Source: Amphiscolops sp. MND2022 (lineage: Eukaryota). From it: DNA of 64,000 bases. The stretch covers positions 37,388,001-37,452,000 of the forward strand of contig OZ076409.1 of NCBI GenBank assembly GCA_964187785.1, read 5' to 3'. Positions within the stretch are counted from its first letter, which is position 1, and each line of letters opens with the position of its first letter. The notes under the pieces were generated by a model. The model was not told the DNA's origin and ran no database searches. It saw only the letters and a program-made list of their open reading frames with translations. The translations under genes and the position numbers were made by a program. This document shows, one piece after another, positions 45,598 to 58,700 of the stretch.

Positions 45598-46997
45598 TCA
45601 ATGTTTCAGCCTATTACCTATTATTTCAAACTGGTTACGATTGTGTGGCCTCTGTTAACGTGACTTGCAAAAAACTTCCTCGAAAACCGCTGGCATCTGT
45701 TTTTGACATTGGAGGAGTTCAGGATTTGTTGCTTCTTAAATGCGAAACATTGTTCGCTAAGCCTTGAATGTAACAGTTTTTTGGGCGGTGTTTGTAGTTG
45801 TTGAATTTTCTTTGGCTTTGGTCGATAGACTATCAGAAATGAGTTTTCTGCATTTTCCAGAATATGTTTTCTCCAGTACTTCCAGATATGTATACCTAAG
45901 ATCGTTGAAAAACCGGAAACCTCAAGATCCTTTATTAAGCACATTTTTGGTCTTCGCTAAACATTGTTCGCCATGTATTTGAATTGCTTCTTTTCCCAAT
46001 TTTGAAGTATTTCCTTAATAATCATCCTAATTCAGATTCACTTTTCAATATTTCTTCAAATCGCCATTAGTTGAGGTTTCAGATTTCTAGACAATAGATC
46101 GTAGAGAAAAATCATTATTTCTAGCATAGTTACAATGTTGAGAAAGTTTTTAACGTGTTTTCACGCTTGCGCTGACGTTCGCGAAAAAAATAATGCAGGG
46201 ACTTTTTTTCAAAAATTTTGCAAGTTGCAGCGACTTTTTTGCAATGCGCAGTGAAATGCTGCCTGGATTTTCCATGCTGCTGTGTAATTTTACAATTTTT
46301 TTCCCTGCGCGCAGTCTGAATTTTCTGTTTTTTTAAATTACCCTGCGTGCATGCCTGCAACATGTAAAAAATCACGGCAGTTTCGACTAGGGTAGATAAT
46401 TTCACGGAGGCTCTCTTCTAATGTTTTTATTATGATGAAGGACATTCTAACCTATCATCTAATTCATCAGCGTTTATTTTTCCAGAATCTTGAATCAGCT
46501 GAGCTGTTCGCAATCGGGAGTGGTTTTTGAAATGAAAACTTTTGCCGAATTCTTTGCTAATAAGCTTTGAAGACCAATTGTGGAGCAACGGAGGAATGAT
46601 CGACAAGCTAGGAGGGGAATTAACAGAAAAGATCCAAGATATCTCTGTAGAGGTTTCTCAGAGTAACAAGGTCTCCAACTACATTTTCATCGTGGCCAGT
46701 CCGTTTGTGGACGTTTTTCTGAGTTGCTACATTTGTCGTCAGTTGTAAACTTGCAGTTTCATTCAATGAGATTTGGATGTCCCTGTATTTGGATGTCCCT
46801 GTGTTGTATCGTTTTTCGGCAGGTTGGTCTCATTATCAATGAGTTGATTGAAAGGTGTTGAAGAAGATTAATTAGGTGACGTGTAAAGTATGTTGTTCAG
46901 GTTTTGACGTGAAGAGGTTGGCAGTTGCTACCTGTCTTTGACAATTCGGAAGACAAAAACGGGGACATGCAATTTGTAATTAATTAATCCGTTGCAA

Positions 46998-47722
46998 TGT
47001 AACGTCAAGCTAACAGCTACATTCCAGAACCGGGACAATGCCCAGGTTGCCTTAACAAGAGACCAGTGTCTTACAACAACCTAAACATTAGTTTTTAGTC
47101 CCAAATGGTCTCTGTAGGGACTTTTCCAAGACGCCGAGGAGACTCCTCATATTAGAGCTCCGTGGCGACGTGCCGGCACACTCAAAGTCCGGACACGTCC
47201 CACAAGCACGTAAAAACGGTCCCAAAGGCTTCCTGCGATCCTACATACCTCCGAGGTCCGAAAACTGGGGTTTTAGTCCATACTCATTTTATTGGGGAAA
47301 CATTCTCTAAAGTACCAATTACAGGGATCTAACAGATCCAGTATCATCACACATCTGTAAATCAGTATTAACAACATCAGATATAATCAAAATAAACACT
47401 TCTGACGTATTTCCACTGATTCTGCGGTTTTCTTCACGTTCTTCAAGCATGGGATATCTGGATTCTGGATCATTTCTTCATTTGGAACCTGCAAATATTG
47501 GGTGAGATGACACAATTCCGGGTTTTTCCGTGTCTACTCATGGTGGGGTGTCTCTTCTCTTCATCTTCTGGGTCGGGGCGTGTGGGTTGGGGCTTCTTGG
47601 GCAGGTTTTTCGTTCTTCTGTCCGTCCTTTTCGATTTCAACGACCTGCTAGGTCGGCCATTTTGATTCGCACCTTTTCGACTTTTTGAACGAAATTTTGG
47701 TACTTTACTGGTGGACGTTACA
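46998..47722 (-). repeat. E3 3' LTR (725 bp)
   Basis: Minus strand TGTAACGTCCACCAGT...GACGTTACA. Both ends resemble the E1 LTR, and it is preceded by CCCGGGGAGGA. Confidence 0.92.
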
Positions 47723-48213
47723 TCCTCCCCGGGCCGTTGTTTGTCGTCCTCGGCAAACGGAGATGGGTGCCTCACTATTTACTTAATGTTTTTAGCAACG
47801 TCATTTCAGTTTTTTCTTTAAGTTACTGCTTCAAAATTTCAACTTAGCACTTCTTGATCTAGCACTTTTTTGGTTTTGGGGAGCTAAAATTCAGTTTCTC
47901 TAAAAACTCTTTTCATTCGTTCATTTCAAGCTAGTTAAAAACTTCTTTGCGGGGGGTGGTTGCACTTTTGCGACACCAACCAGCAAAATTAAGACTAGTT
48001 TCTACTAAAATTTTATTTGCACTTTCTTCATTGGACAGTGGGTAGGCATCTAACTGGGATCAATCTACCTACCAGGTAGTTACGAGTAGTTGCTTCATTT
48101 CGATTTTAGCTTGGTTCATACTAAAATAGTACATAATTGTAGAGATTGCACTAGGGTAAGAGTTGTTTTGGTCAGTTTGGTTTAGTTTGATTCATTGAGT
48201 TCCGTATTTCTTT

Positions 48214-51200
48214 CTATTCGTGGCCAGCTTGATTCATTGCAACATCCTGTTCTTGCAGTACTTCGTTCAATGATGCAGTTAACACGTCCGATTGTGGTAG
48301 ATCTCGTTGGTCGAGACTAGGGAGTTCATTCAATTCCAGTTCGATATCTGCTGCTTGTGTTTGAGAGAGGGATCCGTGTCTATTTTCCAGATTGTTTTGT
48401 AGCTGTGTAGTATCGTCATATTGAGTGATAGTGATGTTGTCGGTAATCTGGGTAATCTGGTTGGCATTGCTGGTCGATATGTTTGTCGTAGTTGCTGCTG
48501 CAGTCTGCACGGTGTTGACTGAACTCGTGGTAGATACTGCCGAAGTCGTGCTGCCACCGGCAGAAACCTCCTCGTGTCTCGCTGCCTGTTCTGTGGTCGA
48601 GCCCGCTGGGCGTAATTTTGGCAGCTGATCTGCGAGGTCTAGATGTCCGTATTTCATAAACATCTCTCTGTAGGTTTGTATCGCAATCACGTAACTAGCA
48701 TAAACTGAATTGCCTTCTTCTTTCTGCTCGGCTATTAGGTTCATGAATATTTCCATTGCCATTTTTGGATTGCTTGGCACCTCATCGCTAATGGGTAGTA
48801 TCTTGCGACTAGGTTCTTTGGCGATCTTCGGTGTGATTGCCTTTAAGGTTTGATAGTTTTTGTGAACTGTACAATCAACCATTGGAGGGTTTGCCCAGCA
48901 CGTGGTGCTAGATAGGATCGTAGCGGTGTCAGGCTGGGGTTCTGTTCTGGGATTATACATTCGTGACGTGTCTCTGACAGTTCTATGTCGAAGTTGCTCC
49001 AATGTTGAGCCCTTTCTTTTTCTACCTAGTCGTTGTATGGCGTTGGATAGTGCTCTCAGGATTCCTGGCTCATCCCAGCTGGTAAAGTCCTGCACGTTTC
49101 CTGTGTTGGGCTTTATAGGTACGTGTAGCCATTCCACCGGGTGGAATTCTAGTGACATAGGTACAGCGCACCGCGCTCTGGCTCGGATCAGGGTAACAAA
49201 GTTGTGTTCTACTTGTTTTCGGTCTTTGATGACTGTGTACGCCATTGGGGGTCGGAAGTTTGCGAAGCTGCGCACCAGCGTGTGGAGGTTTGGTAGCCTC
49301 GTATCATCCTCAGGATCCACGAAGTGTAGGATCGACAATGTGGGTGTGCTGGCAGCAACTCTGAGTGGCTGTGTTGGATAACGCAGCGCCATCATGGAGC
49401 CAAATATGGGCCAGACTATGGGGGCAATCACAGGGATTAGGTCTTCCGTTTCTACTAGCATTAAGCTAGCTACCTGTGATGGGAAGAGAAAACCTGGCAG
49501 GTTTTTATTATTGCGATTTTGACTCGATGGATCATCCAAGGTGCTCATCACACCCGAGACATTGACCCAAGTTGAGTAGACCCAAGTTAACATCGTCTCT
49601 ATGTTTTCGGCAAGTTGGGCGCGCAATTTCAAAGCGCCTGCAGGATCCAACGTATTCAGGATGGCACTGACCCAATTTTTCTGGTTCTTTGCGAATATCA
49701 GGAAACTAAATAAGTAGGTGTTGGCTTTCTCTAGAATCAGTTTGTGCACCAAGTGTACTGGGCCTTTGTAGAAGGAGCCTAGGCCAGCGGCCATTAAGTA
49801 GGCCAGAATCTCGCTAATTGTGGCCCTCTGCATTGCTTCTACATACAATTTGATTTGCTGCTCGTCCAGGCTGCTTTCACTTTGCCTCATTGTAGGTACC
49901 CAAAACGGTGATATGTTATAAAGAAAAATAGGAAAGGGAATTCCATGGCGTTCAGCTACTTCTGCTAGAGTTTCTTGCAGCTTCCCATGCCAAGACTGAT
50001 AAGAATGCTCTGGGTTAGTACGATTTTCTCGTGCTATTTTTCGGGCTAGTATTGTTAATAGCACCAGGGTTGGAGAGACCATGCTGGGTTTAGAGTCAAC
50101 GGCTTGTGTTGCGACTGGGAAAACTGTTGCGTTAGTTCTAGCCTGCTTAATCTCTTCGGTTCTCTTGAAGAGAGCTACCAGCTCTTTGTGGAACTTCGCG
50201 TCGTGTGTCTTTTCATCTAGGGTCGACTCATCTCTCTTTCCAAACCATCCGTTGTCGATCATGTTTGACTTTTCCTTTTCATTTGGTTCTTTAACTTGGC
50301 GTACTCCGTTCTCGTCAAAGGTGCGGTGTGCCATTTGCATACCAAAGTCGAAGGCCGTTGCATCATCGGCTAACAATTGAGAGTTTCCCTGATATCCTGT
50401 ATAGGCTTGCACGGCTTTCGAGATTTCTGCCAAGAATGCAGGGTAAGAGTTCTCGCAGGGACGCCAGGTCAAGGCGCTAATTCTCAGGTTTGGGGCTACG
50501 ATATGAAAGTACAGGTTCTGGGCGTACGCTGCTTCCGAAACTAGATACAGAAATTGTTGGAGTGGCTTTGGTAGTAGTACATATCCAGGGGGTGATACAA
50601 AGATCACACCTACAGTGGGTTTCTTTTTCTGGACATGTCTGATTACGGTCCTCATTGCTTCAACATATGCAAGTACTTCGCCGGTCATCAATTCCTCTGT
50701 CAATCTGTGGTTGCCTCCTTCGAAATACTTCAATGTTGCTCGAAAGGCCAAGTGGTCAATCACGTTGCTGTAAATTAAGAGTGGAGGAAAAGGAATGGTT
50801 TCCGTGTGGTTTATGGCGGGACCAAAGACCTTGCAGGTCACCTCGGTCATTTCTTCTAACGACGTGCAGGGCAGGTTCATCACGCGAACATCCATCAGGG
50901 TGTTGTTCATATTCGCCGTTGCCTTCATCGTTGAATCTATGAGCAGGGCAATCCTTGTCTTCTGTAACATTTCTTTGCCCATGGGGAGCAATGTTGTCAC
51001 GTCCCTCATAAAATCTCTGCTTTTCAGCAGTTGGTCGTCATATCTTGCTGGTCGTTGTACTGACAGTTTTACCTATGACGGTAGTGGCTTTACGAGTGAC
51101 GATTTGTCTTTATGAAGACCTTCTCTCACTCTCTCGAACCATGGAGGAATGCGGTCTAACAAGAGTGTTGGCTTTTTCACGGGTCTCAAGTAGTGCACTC

Positions 51201-52410
51201 CAATCGATGCTTTTTCTAGGTTCTTTACGTCTTCTGGATTGCCTTTGCTGGTGGCGGTATCGAATTTTTGCACGTCCAAATCTGAGTCTGGATTTCCTGA
51301 CTTGACTTCTCTCTGCAGACGCGCCGCGTCTCTTGCAGTAATGTCATACTGCCGTGCCTCTGTCTGCGACAAGAGTTCATCAGAAAATCGCACTCTTCTA
51401 GCCTCCGGCTGTTGTATGGGCGAGGGATTCGGGCTTGAGTTTGTTGCATCTGCATTGGCTAAGTCTCTGGCTCTTTTCTTTTGGGCCAGTTGCTCGATCT
51501 TGTTCTGCTCCTTTTTGTTTAGCACATCTCGGAGGTCGATGGGGGCCTTGGCTGTTTGTCTCTCTGCTTTCTCTTGCTCCTTTTGTTGTTCGTGCAAGTC
51601 AGGATCGGCTTGGAAACCTATTAGGTGTTGAGGGTCCGACGACGTTGAGGGTAATAAGGCGTCATATGAGTCTAGAGACCCGATCACCTCTGTCATAATG
51701 GGTACGTCGAATGGATTTCGCATCGTTATGACTCTCGGTTTCTGGCTCATCCTTGTATTTTCGGTGGTGTTGTCGGTATTCTGTGCGTTCGTGCGCGCTT
51801 CATTTGCTTCTTCTACCCCTTCCCCCCTGAAAGATGAAGGGAGCATGAGTCCAGTGTTGGTGTCTTCTAAGCGTCTTACACTGATTGAGCTTGATGGTGG
51901 TGGCGACGATAGCATTGGTGATGGCGTCGTGGGTAGAATACAGACGAATTGCTGTGTAGCTGTTGGTTGAGTTGGCTGATTGTCTATGGCACTTTCGGGG
52001 GCAGTGATTGGTATCGCTACGGATATTTGCGATGGATTTGGTCGCGCTTGCTGTTGCTCCATGGAGGGCCAATTAGGTTCATTGTAAGGCAGACTTGATC
52101 TATGGTCATCGAAGTGATGAGTGAGGTCATGGCCGTGCCATGTTCCGTTGTGGAGTTTGGCTGTGCGGCAGTATGAGCCAATTCCAATGGAGATGGACAG
52201 CGTGAAGTCCGGGTGTGTTTGCAGAGTTTGCAGTTGAGCGGTCAGCATAGCTATTCCGGTGGCTAGTGTTGGCGAGACGTCTAGTTGAGCGTTCGTCTGG
52301 GTGAGACCAAGCTGGTCGGTTCGAGTTTGGGGCTCTGCGACAGGCAGCGAGGACGAGGAGGATACTGGCCTGGGTGGACATGGAAGTCGGCTTCGGGATG
52401 ATTGATCCAT
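48214..52410 (-). pseudogene. E3 ORF2 homologue with a premature stop near 51073
   Basis: ORFs 51073-52527 and 48214-51009 are in the same frame and collinear with E1 ORF2 (IALLIDST, LLIYSNVIDHL, IFVSPPG). Confidence 0.88.
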
Positions 52411-52733
52411 CAGAGAAAATGGTAGCACCTTTAATGGAGTGTAGTTGTTTACAAACTGCAAATTATCAGTGGTAGTGCTGGTGGTGTCGCGTGCTGGCGA
52501 ACAGGCAGGACTAAACTGAAAAAACAATCAGCATTGATTTAGGCTAAAAAGATTTTTTAACATGAACGCAAGAAGGAACACACGGTATACAATTGACCTA
52601 GTAAAAACACTTAACAAAGACAGATTCAGCGGTCTTCATTAAAATTAGTTTCCAACATTGGTTAAAACAGAATGTAGGTTAAAAAGGAAGGAAAATAGCC
52701 TTTCAAGTGGCTATCTTTTGGTGCCACTGCGAT

Positions 52734-55700
52734 TTAGTCTAGCTCGTGCTTGACTTGATTAGGGTACGTTCTCACAGATGCAATTGACACGTACACCCTA
52801 TCATGGAGAACTATGTCGATGTTCGAGTCGATGAAATGATCTCTCAACATTGAATACCAAGCTGGTAGCAAGTTGATTGACCTTTCAGGATCATGGATAG
52901 GAAAGTGGATTCGGGTAATTTGTGCTCGTGTAAGCTTCTGTACCAAGTCAGTCAGGCACAGATGTAGCACATCATGTAAGATAGGATGCTTGTTAGAGGC
53001 TCTTGTGAATATTAGATACATTTCGTTATTCCACGGCGCATTTGGTGATCTAGCTAGGCGTATTGCTTTTCCCACAGTTGGTCGTAGTCGGAAAATTTCC
53101 TCCTGACCATATTCTCGGATGACGTAACGTGCCATTGCTGAATATGAGAGCAAATCCGCTGGACAGCATATCGCCACGGTACCACGTGATTGAAGAATGT
53201 CGGTTTCTTCGTAGGAAATCCATGACAGGTAGTTCGGCTTGAATTTGGGGTGGGTCGTCAGCAGTTTTCCCGTGACAGTGCTTTGATTGTCTTGTCTTGG
53301 CGTGAGATGATCTAAAATGGCTTTTCGGTCTTGCCATACTGTCCTGCGTAAGGGTCTGTCTCCCAAATTCGTGCAAGACCAATCATGAACTACGGAAAGT
53401 GCTTCAAGCACAGTCACTGGGTTCTCGAACGTATAAGTGTATTTGTCCAATAGACGTATTCTGGCTTGTCGACAGAAAGTGATAGCTAGTAGCTGCAACC
53501 AGTGTTGATTAAGGAATTTTCCGCGATAGATGTCTGCTAGGTGGAAACAAAGTGTGTCATCGAACTCCACTAGTGTGCGCAGGTTCTCTAAGCAAATCAA
53601 TAGTGTTCCTGGAGTTACTGGGGATGTTTCGTCCAGAGAAGTGACTAGTAGCCACCATCCTGTCGTTGGATGATACACATCTCCAGGAGGTGAAGTCACA
53701 CCGTATTGTTGCCATAGCTTCTGCGCGGTGATGCAGCGTACCATTGCTATTTTCGTGTCTGTTGGTTCTATTTTTCCAAACACCATCGATGGTGGGAGTG
53801 GGGGAATGATAGCGGCTAACGTGAATTCTAGCCCACTCTTTTCGTGCCACGTCCACTCCTTGAACCGATAGGTGGGACAGTCTGAGGGTGACGTTCCTTG
53901 CATAGCTTTGAGTGTGGTTTCCATCGGAGGGATCACTCCTGGTCCGACGCTCGAGTAGGTCTTTTCTATTGTTATTACGATATGGTGTACTCGTGGAATA
54001 TCCTGATCCTCAGCTTGTATGGACCGGATAGTGTGTTGTGCATGGTCCTCGAACGTCTCGGTGTCCGCCAAGGCGGGGGCAGAGGCGTCCTCTCCCCGGG
54101 CCAATCGTTGGTCCGGTGGTCTCCCTTTGATTAGGTTGACACAGCTGCAGTTGCGGGAACCACAGGTTCCACACCTGTATCTAGGTACTCTATTGCGTCG
54201 CAGCTGATAAGGTGCGGCTCGTGGGGGGTTTAATTGTTCCGCTTGTCGTTGCTCTGGTGACGTGCTTTCCGCAATGTTGGGTAGTGTCATTGCACGTTCC
54301 AAGGTTCTAGACTGAGCTCTGGTTCTTACTCGGCCTCTTGATCTGGTATATGGTCTGCTAGTTCTTGTAAGGGCTTGACTTGATGAAGTGGCACTTCCTC
54401 TTCTACGACCTTGAGGTCTGCCTCTTGGTCTTACTCTTCTGTTTGCGATTCTTCCCGATGGGGGTAATGCTTCCATACTTTGCTTGGGTTCTTGTATTTC
54501 CCTGTCAGTTCCTTCTTGGGGTTCAACTTCTTCGGCAAGTTCTAGTCCTACCGAGCTAGCAGCTCGAGAACTGAACAGTGGGAAATTGCTCTATGTGTCG
54601 GTTAAAGCTGGATTCGATAGTAATGGTGCGGACGTTCCTGACGGTGAAGGTACCAAGCTTGGTGCTGTTTCAGGTAAGACTTCCTCATGATCGGAATACA
54701 GCGGTTCTAGGTCATCAATATCAGGATGAACCATTGGTTGCTGTGGTTCTTCAATGGGTTGATCCATTGGTTCTCTGTCAGATTCCGACTCAGACGGATA
54801 TCCAAAGTGGCTGAATCGTCTACGTGGGATTCCTTGTTCCAGAGCGGACTGAGTACGCGTCTGAATCGTGCGCGGTGGGATAGGCGCGGTTGGTTCCATT
54901 TCGAACGATGCCTCCGGCAGTTGTTCTGGAAGAAATGAGTCTCGTGATATATCTGACGTTATCTCCTCATTGCTTTCTTCCGCGTATGGATCTGCGACGA
55001 TGGCTACATTCTAGTCCAACCCAAAGGGTTGATGTGTTGCCCAATCCCATGGTGCTGGCACGTGCTTCTTCAGACGCTCAAAATGAACTTTTTGACCTGT
55101 GTCTAGCACATATAATCTTCCATCTTGCAACACATCCGTAACCTTGTGAGGTCCACGCCAGGCACGCAGAAGTTTGCGGGTACCACCCTTGGGAATTATA
55201 TGGCAAAAAACCCAAACGGCATCACCCACGGCATGAGCTTTTGCCTTCAAATGTCTGTCGAACTTCTGTTTTTGTCGTACTTGCGCTTGATGACTGTTTC
55301 GGCGGACAAGCTCGTGGATTTCTTGTTGTCTAGCAAATAGGTGCTCTACGAATTCTTCTTTGGATTCGAACTCTCGTGCTGCGAATTCTGGGTATATGAA
55401 TGAGAGCGGAATGGACTTTTCCGCGCCATGTTGGAGCATGTACGGGGAAAATCCTGTTGTTGCGTGTCTGGTCGAATTGTAGGCACCCAAGACTCCGTCT
55501 ATGTGCTCATCCCAGTCATGCATCCTGCGTGACGTGTAAACTCTGAGCAGGGTAAGCAACGTTCGGTTCTGGCGTTCCACTAGGCCGTTACCTCTCGGAT
55601 GAGCTGGAGTAGACGTTACCTTGGTTACTTGCGAAGCTTTCATCAATTCTTGAGCAATTTCGGCAGTGAAATTGGTGGCGTTGTCAGACTGCATTCTGGC

Positions 55701-58700
55701 AGGAGTGCCATGTCTTGCGAACCATTTGTTTAGGATAATCTTTGCAGTCGTCTGTGCGTCATATTCATCGTGTGCAGATGGGATTGCCTCTGCAAACTTG
55801 GTAAAATGGTCGATGATGACTAGCAATCCATTATTTCCTGACGTTGTCTTGCACAATTTCAAATGGTCAAATTGCACCAGATCATTAAAATTGCTGCTGT
55901 TGATACTCTGTAGGGGGTAACAGGGATTCCCAGCGGGATGCTTCGTCTGTTGGCATGTTAAGCAATGCTTAATATGATTGACGACATCACGCTTGATGCC
56001 TGGCCAAGTGTGGCGCTCTTGTATTCTCGCCAGTACTTTGCCAACGCCTTGGTGTCCTGATTCATCATGCGCTCTGTACAAGATTTCATGCTGGTAGAGC
56101 TGGGGCATGACAATCATGCACGGTCGTACGTGCATCGCGCGTTGCTGCGGAATGTAATTGACACATAAAATGTCATTTTGGTTCAAGAACAGTAGGTCTT
56201 TTTTCTGATGAAAGTACCGTTTGGCAAAGTCTTGCACATCCTCGGGGAACAAAGCGTCATCCAATGGCTCGTTCTTCATGAGCTTCTTCAGCGCTAGGAG
56301 GTGAACATCTCTGTTTTGAGCTAGATGTAGATCCTTCAATCCACGCATTGTCGACTGATGCTCGTGAAGTTCAGTCCCAACTAGCCTAAGGACATCAGCT
56401 TGTTCTTGACACTGCATTGGCAATCTACGCAACGCTGGGTCGCGTTGGGTGGTATCGAGACGTGCCGCTGGCACTTTGGTTGTTACGCTAAGGATACAAT
56501 TTGGTCTGTCATTTTCGGTTGATGTCGGGGTGGTTTCCCATTGCACCTGTGGATACCATGGTATGGAGCTCAAAGACTGATCTGAGGTTGGATCCTCCTT
56601 TGGTGGCTTCTTTAAAATATACAGCACGGGGAGTTGTGCTCGAGCTTCGGGTGGAAGCTCTGGATGGTTTGGGGTGAATTTTCCATGTTTGTCGATATAT
56701 GGCACAGTGGGGAGTTCTTCGTAGTCTTTCTGGGACATGAAGCTGAATCCCTTGCTCACTTCTGGTAGAGCTTCCACAATCTTCTCCCGATGCACGTAAT
56801 CATTGGTCCTTTTGCTAAGACCGTCTGCATTTCGGTGTTGCGTGCGTGGTCTGTGGATCGTCTTGAAGTGATATTGGTCAAGGCGCGCAATCCAGCGTCC
56901 AATCATGGCCTGATCCATTGAATATGTCTTCAGCCACGAGAGAGCCTGGTTGTCCACGCGCAGCGTGAATTCTCGACCTGCAAGGTAGGAATGAAACTTC
57001 TCAATGAAATAGAAAACCGCATACATTTCCAGTTTCGGGGCGCCATAATTCAATTGTGTTCGAGTCAGCGACTTGCTACCATAAACGATGGGACGAAGAA
57101 TGGTTTTCCCATTGTATTCTTGTTCTTGGTGCAGTATGCCGGCTATAGCAACTGCACTGGCATCTGTGTCCAAAACGAAACGTCCTTCATCGTTTGGGGC
57201 TGCCAAAGCTGTGGCGTCAGCTAGTGCCTGTTTCACTGAATCAAACGCTTCTTGATGTCTTTCTTTCCAGTGGAAGTGTTGGTTCTTCCTTAACAACTCC
57301 TGCATAGGCTGTACTTTGGCAGCGTGAAAAGGAATGAAGTCTCGGTAGTAGTTCGCGAATCCAAGGAAGCTTTGTAGCTCTTCTCTATTTCTTGGGGGCA
57401 TCCATTCTTGGATTTTGCTTACGGCAGCCGGGTCTGGCTTTATGCCTTCGGCAGAGACTACTCTTCCAAGGTATTTGGTTTCAGTGCGCATGAAATCACA
57501 TTTCTCGGCTCGCATCTTGAAACCGGCCTCTCTGAGACATTCGAATACTTCTTTGATTCTTTCCAAATGATCTTCAATGGTCTCTGTCGCGATTACTATG
57601 TCGTCAATGTATGCCATGACAACACTTCCATGTCGTTGCTGGATTCTTTGTAGAGCTCGAGTGATGGATCGCTGAAAAGTGGCCGATGCATTGCATAGCC
57701 CGAAGGGCATGCGTCGCCATTCAAACAGGCCAAGCTCGCACGCGAAGGCGGTTTTTCTGCGATCGCGCTTTTTCAGTGGGATCTGCCAGAAGGCCCACGC
57801 TAAATCAATGCTCGTGAAGATTTTTGCATTCCCAATTCTCGAGAGGCTTTCGTCAATCCTGGGCAATGGAAATGCGTCCTTTACTGTTACATCATTTAGC
57901 GGGCGGAAGTCACAGCAAAAGCGAAGCTCGCCTGTTTTCTTTTTTACCATGACTATGCCACTGGCCCACGGAGAATAGGAGGGTTGTATCAGTCCAAGGG
58001 CCAGCAAATTTTGCACTTCCTGATTGGCTTTCGCTGCCTTATCAGGGGACATTCGCCTTGCTCCTTCTCGGTGTGGTATAGCCTCCGGCTCTAGCTCTAT
58101 TCTGTGCTTTGCAATCTTACACCTACCTATGTCAGACTTATTTTTCATGAATAGATCTTCGTACTCATTTAAAATAGTCTCTAACTTGTCTCTCGCCTCT
58201 TCCCCCATGAAGAAAAGACGGAAGAGAGGTCAGGGCCTGGGATTGCTTTTAGCAGTTGAGGATCTGTTCGCTTTCGCTTTTCACTCTCTGACCAATCTAC
58301 CTCAGACGGTTCAGTCGAAGACAAGAAGTTTTGGGCAAAGGAACTAAATTCTGAACTAGTGTCCATGTCTATATCTTTATGCACTTGATTTACAAATTCC
58401 ACTGAAAGCTTCGAATCATCACCTCTATTTTGCAAAGGAACAGAGTTCAATACAAAAGTGGTGAGCACCGCTTTGCCAATTACAGTCTGTGCTTTGATCC
58501 TTACCCTTTCTTTGTCAGTTTGATTTCGTAGGGCTACGAAAATCAAACCCTCTGCTCCCACGGAGGTTAGTGTATCTTCTGAAACAAAGACCGACTTGGA
58601 TTTCATGTTACATGAGTGGACCATTACGTTACGAAAATGAAACTCATGGGGTTGTTGCGTGATGATTTTCGCGCGCACAATTTTCCTTTCGAATGGACCT

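Larger units (their letters stand above)
25541..46392 (+). mobile_element. ~1.6-kb non-autonomous TIR DNA transposon hosting E2 (pieces 25541-25622 and 44832-46392)
   Basis: Left TA|CCCTAGTTGAAAGTGC...TTACATGTT; right end reverse-complemented TA|CCCTAGTCGAAACTGC...TTACATGTT; TA on both flanks. Confidence 0.7.

Noticed and set aside
45621..46748. Transposase remnant in the TIR element hosting E2
   Set aside because: No DDE or HTH motif recognisable in the short ORFs.
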